Virus record (IMG/VR): IMGVR_UViG_3300027860_000004
Location: 66,282 to 130,281 of that record
Direction: 5' to 3' (one strand)
DNA length: 64,000 nt
Source of the DNA: a virus
Taxonomy: Duplodnaviria; Caudoviricetes
Positions 46,072-54,938 of this stretch are shown here, in pieces (the stretch's first letter is position 1; the number at the start of each line of letters is the position of its first letter). The notes under the pieces are model-generated. The model made no database searches and was not told the origin of the DNA. It saw only the letters and a program-made list of their open reading frames with translations. The position numbers and the translations under genes were made by a program.

Positions 46072-46470
46072 TCATCCATGAGAGCGATAACGCTTGGGAG
46101 TAGGAGTATTAGATACCATATGAAAATTCTTATGTTTAGCCCATTCACGTACTAGACGTTTACCTTCTGGGTTAGAAGATTGACAACGAATAATATGGTT
46201 ATCAGGCGTGAACTCGTTATGAAAAAGTTTCTCGTCAATAAAATTCAACACAGGACGAATCGTATCATCCCCGCCTAAATCATGGTCCAACCACAATTCA
46301 GAAATATTAGGCCATTGTTTCTCTATGAAATCAATAGCAGCCTCACTTGATTTAGCATGGATGACTAACTTTCCATCATAAGAATTCTGATAGATTCTAT
46401 CATCATCAATTACTAAAATAAGTTTTCGAGGCAAAATAGTATCGGCGAGAAGGTTCATAACAAATAACAT
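46072..46470 (-). CDS. Cyclic-phosphate-processing receiver-like (cREC) protein
   Basis: LVIDDDR, SEAAI, LWLDHDLGGDDT, SSNPEG. Confidence 0.7.
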   Translation of the reverse strand: MLFVMNLLADTILPRKLILVIDDDRIYQNSYDGKLVIHAKSSEAAIDFIEKQWPNISELWLDHDLGGDDTIRPVLNFIDEKLFHNEFTPDNHIIRCQSSNPEGKRLVREWAKHKNFHMVSNTPTPKRYRSHG

Positions 46471-46536
46471 TGTAGCATTTCCAAATAGTTATTTCAAGTA
46501 GTCCCTACTACTCTATAATAAATAGAACATCAAATG

Positions 46537-46759
46537 AAAAAACCGAGGTCATGACTCTCGGTTGTTCCACGCTCTTGTACTTCGAACTTGCACCGTGATG
46601 CTTACGCTGTATCACCCTTGCCAGGGTTCAAGCGTCTGCAATTTACCATCCTAAACATTCGGAGGCTGTGCCAGCCCGGCCAATTTCATAACACGCATGG
46701 CCCTGACGTATCCGTTCAATACCCCACAGAAACTGAACGGACAAGTGTTTCTGTTTCGC
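46537..46759 (-). ncRNA. Putative ncRNA, about 220 nt, with a strong 5' H-type pseudoknot
   Basis: Promoter TTGACA-17-TATTAT; ACAGAAAC/GTTTCTGT and TCCGTTCA/TGAACGGA interleaved; terminator ACCGAG/CTCGGT-U run. Confidence 0.75.
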
Positions 46760-47222
46760 ATCTATATAATATCAGATGCAGGGTGTTTTGTCAAACCTTG
46801 GGGTTAAGAATTTTGATTCGAAGAAGAGTGCCGTATACAAGTTCGAAGCGATATTCTTTTTGTGCTTCGTTCAAACGAGCAAGCAAAGCAGGCAGAGTAA
46901 CAAGACGAGGAATCGCATTCGCTTCTTGTGAAGAAGGACCAGGAACCCAAACGAATTTATCTTTACCAGCACTCTTCACAGTACCAACATTTTTAATGGG
47001 ACCGAAGAGATATTGAATGACCCGAATGATTTGTTTACGGTTATCAATACTAGAATTAATGTTTAGGACATATTGCCCATTCTTTTGTTGGACAGTCTTT
47101 TTAAAAAAATTACCGTCTAAAGTATGAGCATTAACAGAGGACGAATCAATAGTTGAAGAAGTATTCATACACCTATCTTAGAAGAAGTTTGCAAGTTTTG
47201 TCAATTATTACTTTAAAAAATA

Positions 47223-47298
47223 TGGTAGGGCTAAGAGGATTCGAACCCCTTCCTCAAGCTTAGAAGGCTCGCGCGCTGTCCCATTACACCATAGCCCC
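47223..47298 (-). tRNA. tRNA-Arg(TCT)
   Basis: Cloverleaf, loop CTTCTAA, GGTTCGAATCC, CCA. Confidence 0.88.
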
Positions 47299-47714
47299 GC
47301 GCCTACTGTTTCTAAAATTTTCTATTGTGAAAAGAAATGGGACGAGGATTACCCTTTACAAAATGCCCTTCTGCATGAACAGGACAAGAAATAACAATTC
47401 CTCCTTCAGGAATTACCATTGAAAGAGGTTGACCAGCAGTACATTGATTAACCATTTTTATCTTTCCCTTCAATATCTAAGATAGAGAATAAATGAATTT
47501 CTTGAGCAGTAAACATAACCAGGTAAGTAAGTTCACGACCAGGAACACTATCTGCGTACTTCGCAAAGATGGGGCGAAGGGCCTCTTCAACTTCACGGGA
47601 AACTTCGTGGGCCTTCTTAGTCCAATCCCTTTGACGAGGCCCGGTAAAAACACTTTCGACAATATCCATGAAAGAATTCTATCAACTAAATTTAGTTATG
47701 TCAAATAATAATCA

Positions 47715-47791
47715 TGGTGGGCCTGGTGGGACTTGAACCCACTTAAGTCTGCTTAAAAGGCAGCGGCGTCGTCTACTTCAGCTTCAGACCC
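47715..47791 (-). tRNA. tRNA-Lys(TTT), atypical D-arm
   Basis: Loop CTTTTAA, GGTTCAAGTCC, CCA. Confidence 0.8.
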
Positions 47792-47807
47792 ATAAAGATT
47801 TTTGATG

Positions 47808-48263
47808 CTAAGAAACTACATGAATTTTGCATCCATTACAATTCTTTTTTCTGCATCTTGGTCTTATTTTTCTATTGTTTTTATTATACTCTTTATAAAA
47901 ATTCTTACAAATTTCACATCGACAATATTTGTAAGAACTTATAGTTCCATGAATATCTTTACCTTTTACTTCTTGAAATCCTTTTTCTAAAATTGTTTTC
48001 GTATTATGACAAGGTTTACAAAGTAATTGACATTTTTTACATTCTTCAACGGCTTTGTCATATGCCATTGTATTTAATTGTGCTATAGTAAATGATTTAG
48101 TATTAGGGTCAATATGGTCAAATTCTAATTGATTTACTGAACCACATACCATACATTTACCTCCAAGCAATTCTATTAACTTGGCACGTTTTTTATGATA
48201 TTTTTCGAGCATATACTTACGCATGTACTCGTTATAAAATTCTTTATTATCTCTTTTTCTCAT
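47808..48263 (-). CDS. HNH endonuclease
   Basis: LGGKC..CGS...LEFDHIDP, KCQLLC..CH..KT. Confidence 0.85.
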   Translation of the reverse strand: MRKRDNKEFYNEYMRKYMLEKYHKKRAKLIELLGGKCMVCGSVNQLEFDHIDPNTKSFTIAQLNTMAYDKAVEECKKCQLLCKPCHNTKTILEKGFQEVKGKDIHGTISSYKYCRCEICKNFYKEYNKNNRKIRPRCRKKNCNGCKIHVVS

Positions 48264-48305
48264 ACTTATATGATAGTTAAGTATGATTTGCTTTTTTATA
48301 AAAAT

Positions 48306-48384
48306 TGGTGAGTGCGGAGAGACTTGAACTCTCTAAATCTCCGACTTAAAAGGACGGGGCATGGACCACTTTTGCTTCGCACCC
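48306..48384 (-). tRNA. tRNA-Lys(TTT), second divergent copy
   Basis: Loop CTTTTAA, U-U mismatch in anticodon stem, AGTTCAAGTCT, CCA. Confidence 0.78.
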
Positions 48385-48438
48385 ATAACCATTGATTATA
48401 AAAAAATCATATTTTTAAAGTTTGAAATAAAGATTTTG

Positions 48439-48512
48439 TGGGCATTGCTGGATTTGAACCAGCGCGCAACTCGTTATGAGCAAGCCGCTCTACCAGACTG
48501 AGCTAAATGCCC
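48439..48512 (-). tRNA. tRNA with CAT anticodon (Ile2 or elongator Met)
   Basis: GGGCATT/AATGCCC acceptor, TAGCTCAG, loop CTCATAA; no encoded CCA. Confidence 0.85.
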
Positions 48513-48520
48513 AGGAAAAT

Positions 48521-48596
48521 TGGTCCTGCGTGAGAATTTTGCAATCTCAACCCCCGCCTTATAAAGACGATGCTCTAACTTTTGAGCTAACGCAGG
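48521..48596 (-). tRNA. tRNA-Ile(TAT) with non-canonical T-loop
   Basis: CCTGCGT/ACGCAGG-A-CCA, TAGCTCA, loop TTTATAA, T-loop TGCAAAA. Confidence 0.75.
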
Positions 48597-48816
48597 ATGA
48601 TTATTAGTTTATCAAGTTTTCAATGATTACTTCAAACAATTCCTACAAAGCAGGAGGGCTCCCTGTACCTTCATAGTTTTTACACATTCTTTGCATGGAC
48701 TAACTCCACATCTATCACATCGTAGAAAGAGTTTCATTGTAGGCTTTCTACATAATTTACATATCTTCATCTGTTGCTAGTCTAGCAAGTCTTCTTATGT
48801 AAAGTCAATTAACTTA

Positions 48817-49293
48817 TTATGCTGCTTTTAAATATGGCTGTCTATTTTTCTTGGTTGGTCTAGGTTTGGCTTTATAATATTGATAATTAACTTTACATTG
48901 TTTTGCTCTTAGGATTAGAAGTTCTCTATCTACAAATGAATACCTTTCTAATAAGTCCATAAATATAGATACAAACTTTGGTCCATGATTTGTTCTTCTA
49001 CCTGCTAAAGCATGAGCTACTTCATGTAAAACACACGCTCTATTTAGCATTTCCTTTGGAATATTTATTGCTGTAGAAGTTCCCCAAGAGTTAAATGCTG
49101 TAGCGATTAAATCTTTACCATCTTCTGAATACTCATCATAGAAAGTTAAACTCCAAGGTTTTGTATAGCAGTAATCATCAAAGATGTTGCATATTAACTT
49201 GAATGCTCTCTTCTTAGATAATTTAGGATTCCATATTTCATCTTCGAGTGCCCAATCAAAGTTGTACACTCTATGTTTTTGATAATCTCTCAT
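48817..49293 (-). CDS. Zincin-like metallopeptidase-domain protein
   Basis: RD.Q..RVY, VLHEVAH, HGPKF. Confidence 0.7.
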   Translation of the reverse strand: MRDYQKHRVYNFDWALEDEIWNPKLSKKRAFKLICNIFDDYCYTKPWSLTFYDEYSEDGKDLIATAFNSWGTSTAINIPKEMLNRACVLHEVAHALAGRRTNHGPKFVSIFMDLLERYSFVDRELLILRAKQCKVNYQYYKAKPRPTKKNRQPYLKAA

Positions 49294-49344
49294 CCTGTAA
49301 TATTAGCAAATACAAGTTAGATTATCAATTTATAAGTAAAATAA

Positions 49345-49578
49345 AAATGGCCTGGTCATTTTAACCAAGGCCACATATCTTATAAAACAAATAATAAAAA
49401 TCTAGAACGCAGAGTGGCCTCCTGCGCCAGATAATGATTGTTTGTTTCTTTTTATATTGATATGATTCATTTTAAAAATTGAGGTTCCACGACCCCGGTC
49501 TGCACAGGTATGTGATATAAAGATTTGAATTCTCGGTTGGTCATTGATTTCGACACCAGCCGAGAATTCCTTGACTCT
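49345..49578 (-). ncRNA. Putative ncRNA, about 230 nt
   Basis: Promoter TTGATA-TAACT-..-TATACT; hairpin GAATTCTCGG/CCGAGAATTC; CGCAG/CTGCG hairpin; terminator TGGCCT/AGGCCA-U run. Confidence 0.5.
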
Positions 49579-49671
49579 TTTTATAGTATACAACATTTTC
49601 AGAGTTATATCAAGTAGGAGACTCATTTACGGATAAATGAAAGACTCCTAATCAATATATTTTTTTTATTG

Positions 49672-50166
49672 CTATACGCGATAGATAGCAACCGAGACAG
49701 TTCCACCCGCTTTTAGAAGTTGCTTGACAGCCCAAGACATATCAAGAATTCTAGAATTAAATGGACCTCTGTCCCAAATTTGGCAAGTTGTGCTTAATCC
49801 ATTTTTGAGATTTACTATTCGGATTATTGTTCCAAAAGGTAAATATCTATGGGCACACATTGCCGCGTAAGTGTTAAAGCGGCGACCGCTTGAGGTACGA
49901 GCGCCTTGGAAACCATCGCCTACTCCATAATAAGAGGCGACACCTCGTTGAATAAATTTCCCAAGAGAAAGTTTGTTCAACACTTTTGACACCAACGCAG
50001 TTTGTGGCTTTTGTTCCTTCTTCCTCTGAGATACAAACAAACCTTGGCCTGTATGCATCCTTTGAAAGAAAGTATCGTCTGCTTTTGCTGGATGAGATAA
50101 CCCGAATATCATCATCAAACATAGGACCAGAGCGAAAGCCTTTGCTGCTGTTTGTCTGAGCATCAA
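49672..50166 (-). CDS. Second RlpA-like lytic transglycosylase, with signal peptide
   Basis: G.ASYYG..F.G.RTSSG.RF, CAHR.LPFGT, I.DRGPF..RILDMS. Confidence 0.88.
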   Translation of the reverse strand: MMLRQTAAKAFALVLCLMMIFGLSHPAKADDTFFQRMHTGQGLFVSQRKKEQKPQTALVSKVLNKLSLGKFIQRGVASYYGVGDGFQGARTSSGRRFNTYAAMCAHRYLPFGTIIRIVNLKNGLSTTCQIWDRGPFNSRILDMSWAVKQLLKAGGTVSVAIYRV

Positions 50167-50583
50167 TGACTCCTTTCATCAGGTCATTCTTTCATTATAG
50201 AACATTCCATCAGTTTTTGCAATGAATTGTAATCTATAATAAATTAAACAGAGTCACACTTTAAATGCAACTCTGTTTTCTATTTAAATAATAATAAATT
50301 TAATAACAATCTTCAGAATACGTTTCTGACCACCTTACAGGACCTACAGGGCATACCTGCCTACGTGAACCACAAGAACATATAGCATCAAATAAATGAG
50401 CCCCATTGCGGTCACAATATCCATGATAATTAGATGTGCCATCAGGAATACCCCAAGCAAGGTTTATATCTAAACCTCTTGACTCAAGATATTCCCGCCA
50501 GGCTTTTTCTGAAGCTTTATGATTATGCTTTTTCATAAAGCAATTCTACTAAATTGAGCGAGTTATTACAAGTAGTAGTAGTC

Positions 50584-51141
50584 TTATACTTTTTCTTCTT
50601 GTTGTTTCTTCAAACGAACTTGAAGGTAACCATAGATACGGTCTGGGAAAACTTCGATATTCTTCACAACTTTGTCATCCTTCAGAGGAGCGACATACAG
50701 TTTGCTGGTTTCATCAGTAATGATTTTTTTCTTTTTGAAGTCATGACGAATTAAAATAACATTCGAATTATTATTCCACTTCGCTGTGGCATTTTGCATT
50801 TCTTCTAAAACAATATCAATCGGACCTTGAAAGGTGTAGAAGATATCGTCATACTCTGTATTGATTTCACCAGCAGCGATTAGTTCAGCATAACGTGCTT
50901 CATCGAAATTATGTTCTTTAGTCATTTGCTCGATAAAAGCATCGCCATTTTCAAGAGCAAGTAACACTTCATCGCGGAGCAAGTTCACACGACCCGCAAA
51001 AGGATGGAGAACAGGACGCCCTTTTTGTTTCTTCTCTTTTTTGTCGAGAGAAACGATATGCATATTTGTAGTTGTTTCCAACACAGGAGCAGAGTCCTGA
51101 TTATCGTTAGATACTAATTCTTCTTCAATAACTGCGGTCAT
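50584..51141 (-). CDS. Hypothetical protein
   Basis: 185-aa ORF with AAGGAAG RBS. Confidence 0.65.
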   Translation of the reverse strand: MTAVIEEELVSNDNQDSAPVLETTTNMHIVSLDKKEKKQKGRPVLHPFAGRVNLLRDEVLLALENGDAFIEQMTKEHNFDEARYAELIAAGEINTEYDDIFYTFQGPIDIVLEEMQNATAKWNNNSNVILIRHDFKKKKIITDETSKLYVAPLKDDKVVKNIEVFPDRIYGYLQVRLKKQQEEKV

Positions 51142-51313
51142 GTAAGACTTTCTTCCTTCAGTAATATTATTAGTAGTGATAGTGATTTATTTTCTAAAAA
51201 TTATTAGTTCTTGTGTTGTTATTGTAGTTAACAACATCTTGTAATTGTTATTCAATCATATGAATATCTACATGTCAATAACTAACAAACCTCTTTAGAT
51301 ATATGTTTTATTT

Positions 51314-51955
51314 TTAAATAAGTAAACCTGCATATTGCAATACTTCTAAATAATCATCTGGATAAGTACGATGTATTTTGTCGGCATATTTTATTAAAAG
51401 ATTTTCTCTTTCTGCTTTTTTTAATTTTTCTGCTGAAAAGTCAATCATCTTCACAATGCCAGTTGATTTTTCAATGATGAAATTTTGTTCGTGATGGTCC
51501 TTACAATGAACCATACCTACTTGACAAATCCGCTTACATAATTCATCCATCTGCTTTAAGATAGGAACAAACTCAGAAGAATTCCATCCAACAGAAAAAG
51601 CAGACATTTTATTATTTATTAATTGAGGCTGAAGTTTGATACCAAGATTTAAAGCATAGTCATATGCGGTCACACCATTTATATGATGCATCCATATGAT
51701 GGGAAGAAGATTATTCGAATAGCCCCTCTTGGGATATTTTATTTTTGCTTGACCACAAGCAATAGGAAGAGAAGACCTTCCTTCTAAAATATCGTAGGCC
51801 AAAAGATTTATAAGATATTCGTCCTGAGCCTTCTTTATAGAAGGAGACTTCAATATCTTCACACCCAATTCTGAATTCAATGAAAGGTAGAATCCATCAT
51901 AGCCTTCTTTGATTCTTCTATTTTGAAGATTGAACTTACCAATAAACGACTTCAT
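51314..51955 (-). CDS. Protein-kinase-like protein
   Basis: G..G, GVKIL, EY, IWM.HI.G, H..D.H..NFII, VKMIDFS; start placed at MKSF. Confidence 0.65.
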   Translation of the reverse strand: MKSFIGKFNLQNRRIKEGYDGFYLSLNSELGVKILKSPSIKKAQDEYLINLLAYDILEGRSSLPIACGQAKIKYPKRGYSNNLLPIIWMHHINGVTAYDYALNLGIKLQPQLINNKMSAFSVGWNSSEFVPILKQMDELCKRICQVGMVHCKDHHEQNFIIEKSTGIVKMIDFSAEKLKKAERENLLIKYADKIHRTYPDDYLEVLQYAGLLI

Positions 51956-52073
51956 AATAGAGAAATAATATACCAAACCTTCACAGAGATTCAGCCCTTT
52001 CAACTTCGCCTTTCGGACTAGTCTAGCAGACAAGCGAACCCCATGTCAATCAGAATATCCCCAGAAACCACGA

Positions 52074-52120
52074 CAAACGTATGTTCGATAAGGAGAGCAA
52101 CCCAGGCGAACACATATTCG
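52074..52120. promoter_or_regulatory. Two putative LexA (GAAC-N4-GTTC type) boxes
   Basis: CAAACgtatGTTCG (52074-87) and CGAACacatATTCG (52107-20), one mismatch each, between divergent genes. Confidence 0.55.
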
Positions 52121-52252
52121 AGTCATAAACTTCTTTGAAAGACTTGATTTAACTTATGGGATATGATATAAATGCTGTGGAAGTAAACACAAACGCTTCC
52201 TTCAATTCACAAACAACCTCACTATTAAGTGAAAGGATACCAAAACAAAATC

Positions 52253-52561
52253 ATGTCTACCATCGCAGAAGTCACGAAAAAGCGCCCCGGCCGCGTTCGC
52301 ACGGCCAACTCGGAACGTATGTCCGAGGCCATGTTCAAGGCGAAGAACGTCCAAGGTCTGACGCTCCAAGCCATCGCCGATAAGTACAACAAAGACAAGC
52401 GCCGCCAGGAAGCGGGCAAAACCCTCACCGCCCAAGCCGTGTATGCCCGTATCAAGGACTTCGCAGCCCGTAACCCGGAGAAGGTTGCGGAAATCCTGGG
52501 CTCGGTCGAACCGGAGAACGTCGCCTCCGCTGAAACGACCGACGCTCTCGCCGTCGCCTAA
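52253..52561 (+). CDS. Small basic HTH-like DNA-binding protein
   Basis: GLTLQAIADKYN...LTAQAVYARIK; strongly GC-biased codons; AAAGGA RBS; opposite strand to the upstream early genes. Confidence 0.65.
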   Translation: MSTIAEVTKKRPGRVRTANSERMSEAMFKAKNVQGLTLQAIADKYNKDKRRQEAGKTLTAQAVYARIKDFAARNPEKVAEILGSVEPENVASAETTDALAVA

Positions 52562-52857
52562 AAAAGTACCACGAAAAGATACAAACTAGGGTTAGTGATA
52601 AAACACTAATCCTGGTTTGTTATCTGTTGACAAATAGGTGCATGGTCGGTATACTGCCCCCATGCCACTCTCTAAACGAGTCCGAGTTTTGCGTAATCTT
52701 ACCCATGATAATGGATGTAAGAAGGACATACCTCGGCTAACTATATGCAAAACAGAACCATCAAAACATCGAATAGGTAATTCTACTTGTCCGGTGTTTT
52801 GTCCACATTGCAAAAATATAATGCGTGTACCTAATAGAGCATTGAAACCAGCATAAG

Positions 52858-52969
52858 AAAAAATCCTATTGGCTCATATGACTTGCGTAACGCATACCAA
52901 TAGGATTTTTCCCTTGTTCGGATTATTGCTCCGAACATTGTCGCGGGCGCCAGTAGGCCATGACCCTAC
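52858..52969 (-). ncRNA. Putative small RNA
   Basis: Promoter TTGACA-17-TATAAT; GTAGG/CCTAC, TGTTCGGA/TCCGAACA; terminator AATCCTATTGG/CCAATAGGATT. Confidence 0.6.
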
Positions 52970-53037
52970 ACCGACATTATAACATAGAACCGAAATTATG
53001 TCAAACAATATCCAATTTATAATAGATTGAATGACAT

Positions 53038-53128
53038 AAGAATAGTAGTACCCCAGTAAATTTACTACCAAGATACTACTATTACTCAGGGGCTATAATC
53101 GCCCTCCACCAGTAGTTTCTTATCCTAC
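53038..53128 (-). ncRNA. Putative small RNA related to 52858..52969
   Basis: Same promoter spacer TTTCGGTTCTATG and same 5' pattern GGTGTAGG..CTACTGGYG; long terminator hairpin. Confidence 0.55.
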
Positions 53129-53272
53129 ACCATGATTATAGCATAGAACCGAAATCCTGTCAAATAATACCCATTTATAATAAATAAGACTAAACACAAT
53201 AATACCCAGAATTTCTCCTGGGTATTATTGCATCCCGAAGCCCTTTACGGCTACTCCATCTATAGTATACTC

Positions 53273-53905
53273 TTAAAAGAACATACTTTCAACAACAGCA
53301 GTTTTCCGAGTTGTGGCAATTCCGTACTTCTGAATCTTCTTCACAAGAGAACGAATTCGACTCGCCACATATCGAGGGCTTCGATGACTATGAGGATAAT
53401 TTGCAGGGTCAAATAGATAATCTGCTTGATTTTTGGTAATTCCAAAAAACATTGTAGCGGCATCAAAGTTTACATAACCTTGAAATTCTACATCAATAGG
53501 AGTAACACCTGTAATGCATTTAAAACGAAGTTCTTCTTCATCATACTTATATGCAGAACTCCACTTCAATCCTTTAGAAATAAACCAAGGATGAAGGGCA
53601 GCAGTTCCTAATGCACATGCACTACTTCCACACTTTAGTTCTTTAACTTTTTTGTTTGCAATAGCCTCAACAGGAACATAACCAAAACTGCTTAAATCAA
53701 AATTTTTAACAGGAATAGAAAGTTTTTTACGTTCCTTAGAAAATTCTTCAAGAACTTCTGCAAGTTTTAAAAGACGTTGCGGTTTAAAAGGAGTAGGAGC
53801 ATAATCATTCTTTGTATAAATAAAAGAATGGTTCGCATTACTTGAATAGTAAGTGGTAGTCTTTTCGCAAGGAATAACTTCGTCTTCAGTAGTAGTAGTC
53901 ATCAT
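53273..53905 (-). CDS. Phage hypothetical protein (CG..ACALG motif)
   Basis: Leaderless promoter; RLLKLA, FDLSSF, CGSSACALG, FFGIT..QA..LF.P..Y. Confidence 0.7.
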   Translation of the reverse strand: MMTTTTEDEVIPCEKTTTYYSSNANHSFIYTKNDYAPTPFKPQRLLKLAEVLEEFSKERKKLSIPVKNFDLSSFGYVPVEAIANKKVKELKCGSSACALGTAALHPWFISKGLKWSSAYKYDEEELRFKCITGVTPIDVEFQGYVNFDAATMFFGITKNQADYLFDPANYPHSHRSPRYVASRIRSLVKKIQKYGIATTRKTAVVESMFF

Positions 53906-53956
53906 ACAAAGAAGTATACCAATGCACTTTAGTTCTTGCAAGTAATACTTAAAACA

Positions 53957-54276
53957 CAAAAACCCTAGTATTTCTACCAGAGTTTTTGTGCAGATGGTGG
54001 GACTTTACATACCCACACGTTCGGAGTGAAGAGTTGCCTTTGAAGTACAAATTTCCCTACTTGCTCTGCAACGAAGCTGCCGCCTCATCAACATCAAATT
54101 GTCACCAATCTGATTGACATTCCTACTTAGTATGCCTACTAAGACCCACTATACCCCTCAAGCACTTGCCCGTCAAAGTATAGTCCAGGGAATTCCGAAC
54201 TTTACAGGACCTTACTCCCGGCCTTCACCATAGAGTTTTTCGGTCACATCCTAGTTTACTTGCCGTCGCTTTCAAC
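53957..54276 (-). ncRNA. Putative structured ncRNA, about 300 nt
   Basis: Promoter TTGACA-17-TATAAT; ATGGTG/CACCAT, GTTCGGA/TCCGAAC, ACTATAC/GTATAGT, CTTAGTA-GGCA-TACTAAG, ATCAGATTG-GTGA-CAATTTGAT; no ORF. Confidence 0.75.
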
Positions 54277-54419
54277 CTTTTTATTATAGGACACAAACAC
54301 AGTTCTGTCAACACCAAATCAAAAGATTTTTACCCACAGACTTCTACACACTATCCACAAGGAAAAAGTTTAAAATTCTCCTGCTTGCAATTTCTCTTCC
54401 CATATCCTATAATGAATGA

Positions 54420-54632
54420 GTTAGCGATAACGGCTTCGTCCGAACGAAGCATCGCTGAAAGACCTCGATATCTGCGAGTTTACGCTCAATAGTGATTATC
54501 TGGTGCTTTCAGGTAAAGAGTGAATTAATCCCTTTAAGGTCGGACTTCATGGGACGGTTGGTGTTCTTGACCGATAACTCTGGCTCTAGGTTTATGTAAC
54601 AAAGCTCCGCAAGGAGATACCTACCCAGGTTC
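54420..54632 (+). ncRNA. Putative structured ncRNA, about 215 nt
   Basis: Promoter TTGCAA-17-TATAAT; AGCGAT/ATCGCT plus GCTTCGT/ACGAAGC hairpin whose tip GTCCGA matches downstream TCGGAC; CTCC-GCAA-GGAG. Confidence 0.7.
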
Positions 54633-54699
54633 AAAAAAAGAATTAGGTTTTGAGGGTTCCCTAGCGTAAACAAAATCCTCTTCAATAATCTTTAAAAGA

Positions 54700-54840
54700 A
54701 ATGCTTGATGGAGCATCATAAATCCACCCAAGGGTTCGACGGGTACTTTACAGAGTTCCCACTCCAGTAGCTGTAACTACTGCCTTGCTTTAAGCCCTGC
54801 GCCACCACACAGAGTAGGTTAGCGGGGCTTCTTGATTTTT
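54700..54840 (+). ncRNA. Possible structured RNA
   Basis: CAGTAG/CTACTG and AAGCCCTGC/GCGGGGCTT (G:U favours + strand), then a U run; no clear promoter. Confidence 0.4.
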
Positions 54841-54938
54841 GTTTCAATTCTATAATAAATAGAGTATCTTTAAAGAGATACTCTAAAAAATCCTTACTTG
54901 ACAAAACATACTCAAAACACTATACTAAAAATGGATAT

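Larger units (their letters stand above)
14766..46470 (-). other. Dozens of small (45-150 aa), mostly monocistronic hypothetical early genes
   Basis: Minus-strand ORFs start right after the promoters, including ones below the ORF-track cutoff (14766-14912, 17595-17774); overlapping plus-strand ORFs are shadows. Confidence 0.75.

Noticed and set aside
14000-52000. Long plus-strand ORFs (e.g. 38422-39480, 16715-17332, 19901-20332, 46588-47016)
   Set aside because: They are antisense shadows of minus-strand genes or RNAs, with no promoter or RBS and no recognisable motifs.
54140-54190. Group I intron P7-like GACTA...ATAGT in the 54-kb RNA
   Set aside because: It forms a simple hairpin, lacks the R/S consensus context, and no interrupted gene flanks it.
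53957-54276. RNase P RNA
   Set aside because: GTAAAGTTCGG only loosely resembles GGAAAGUCC, and the 3' conserved ACAGAA..CGGCUUA region is absent.
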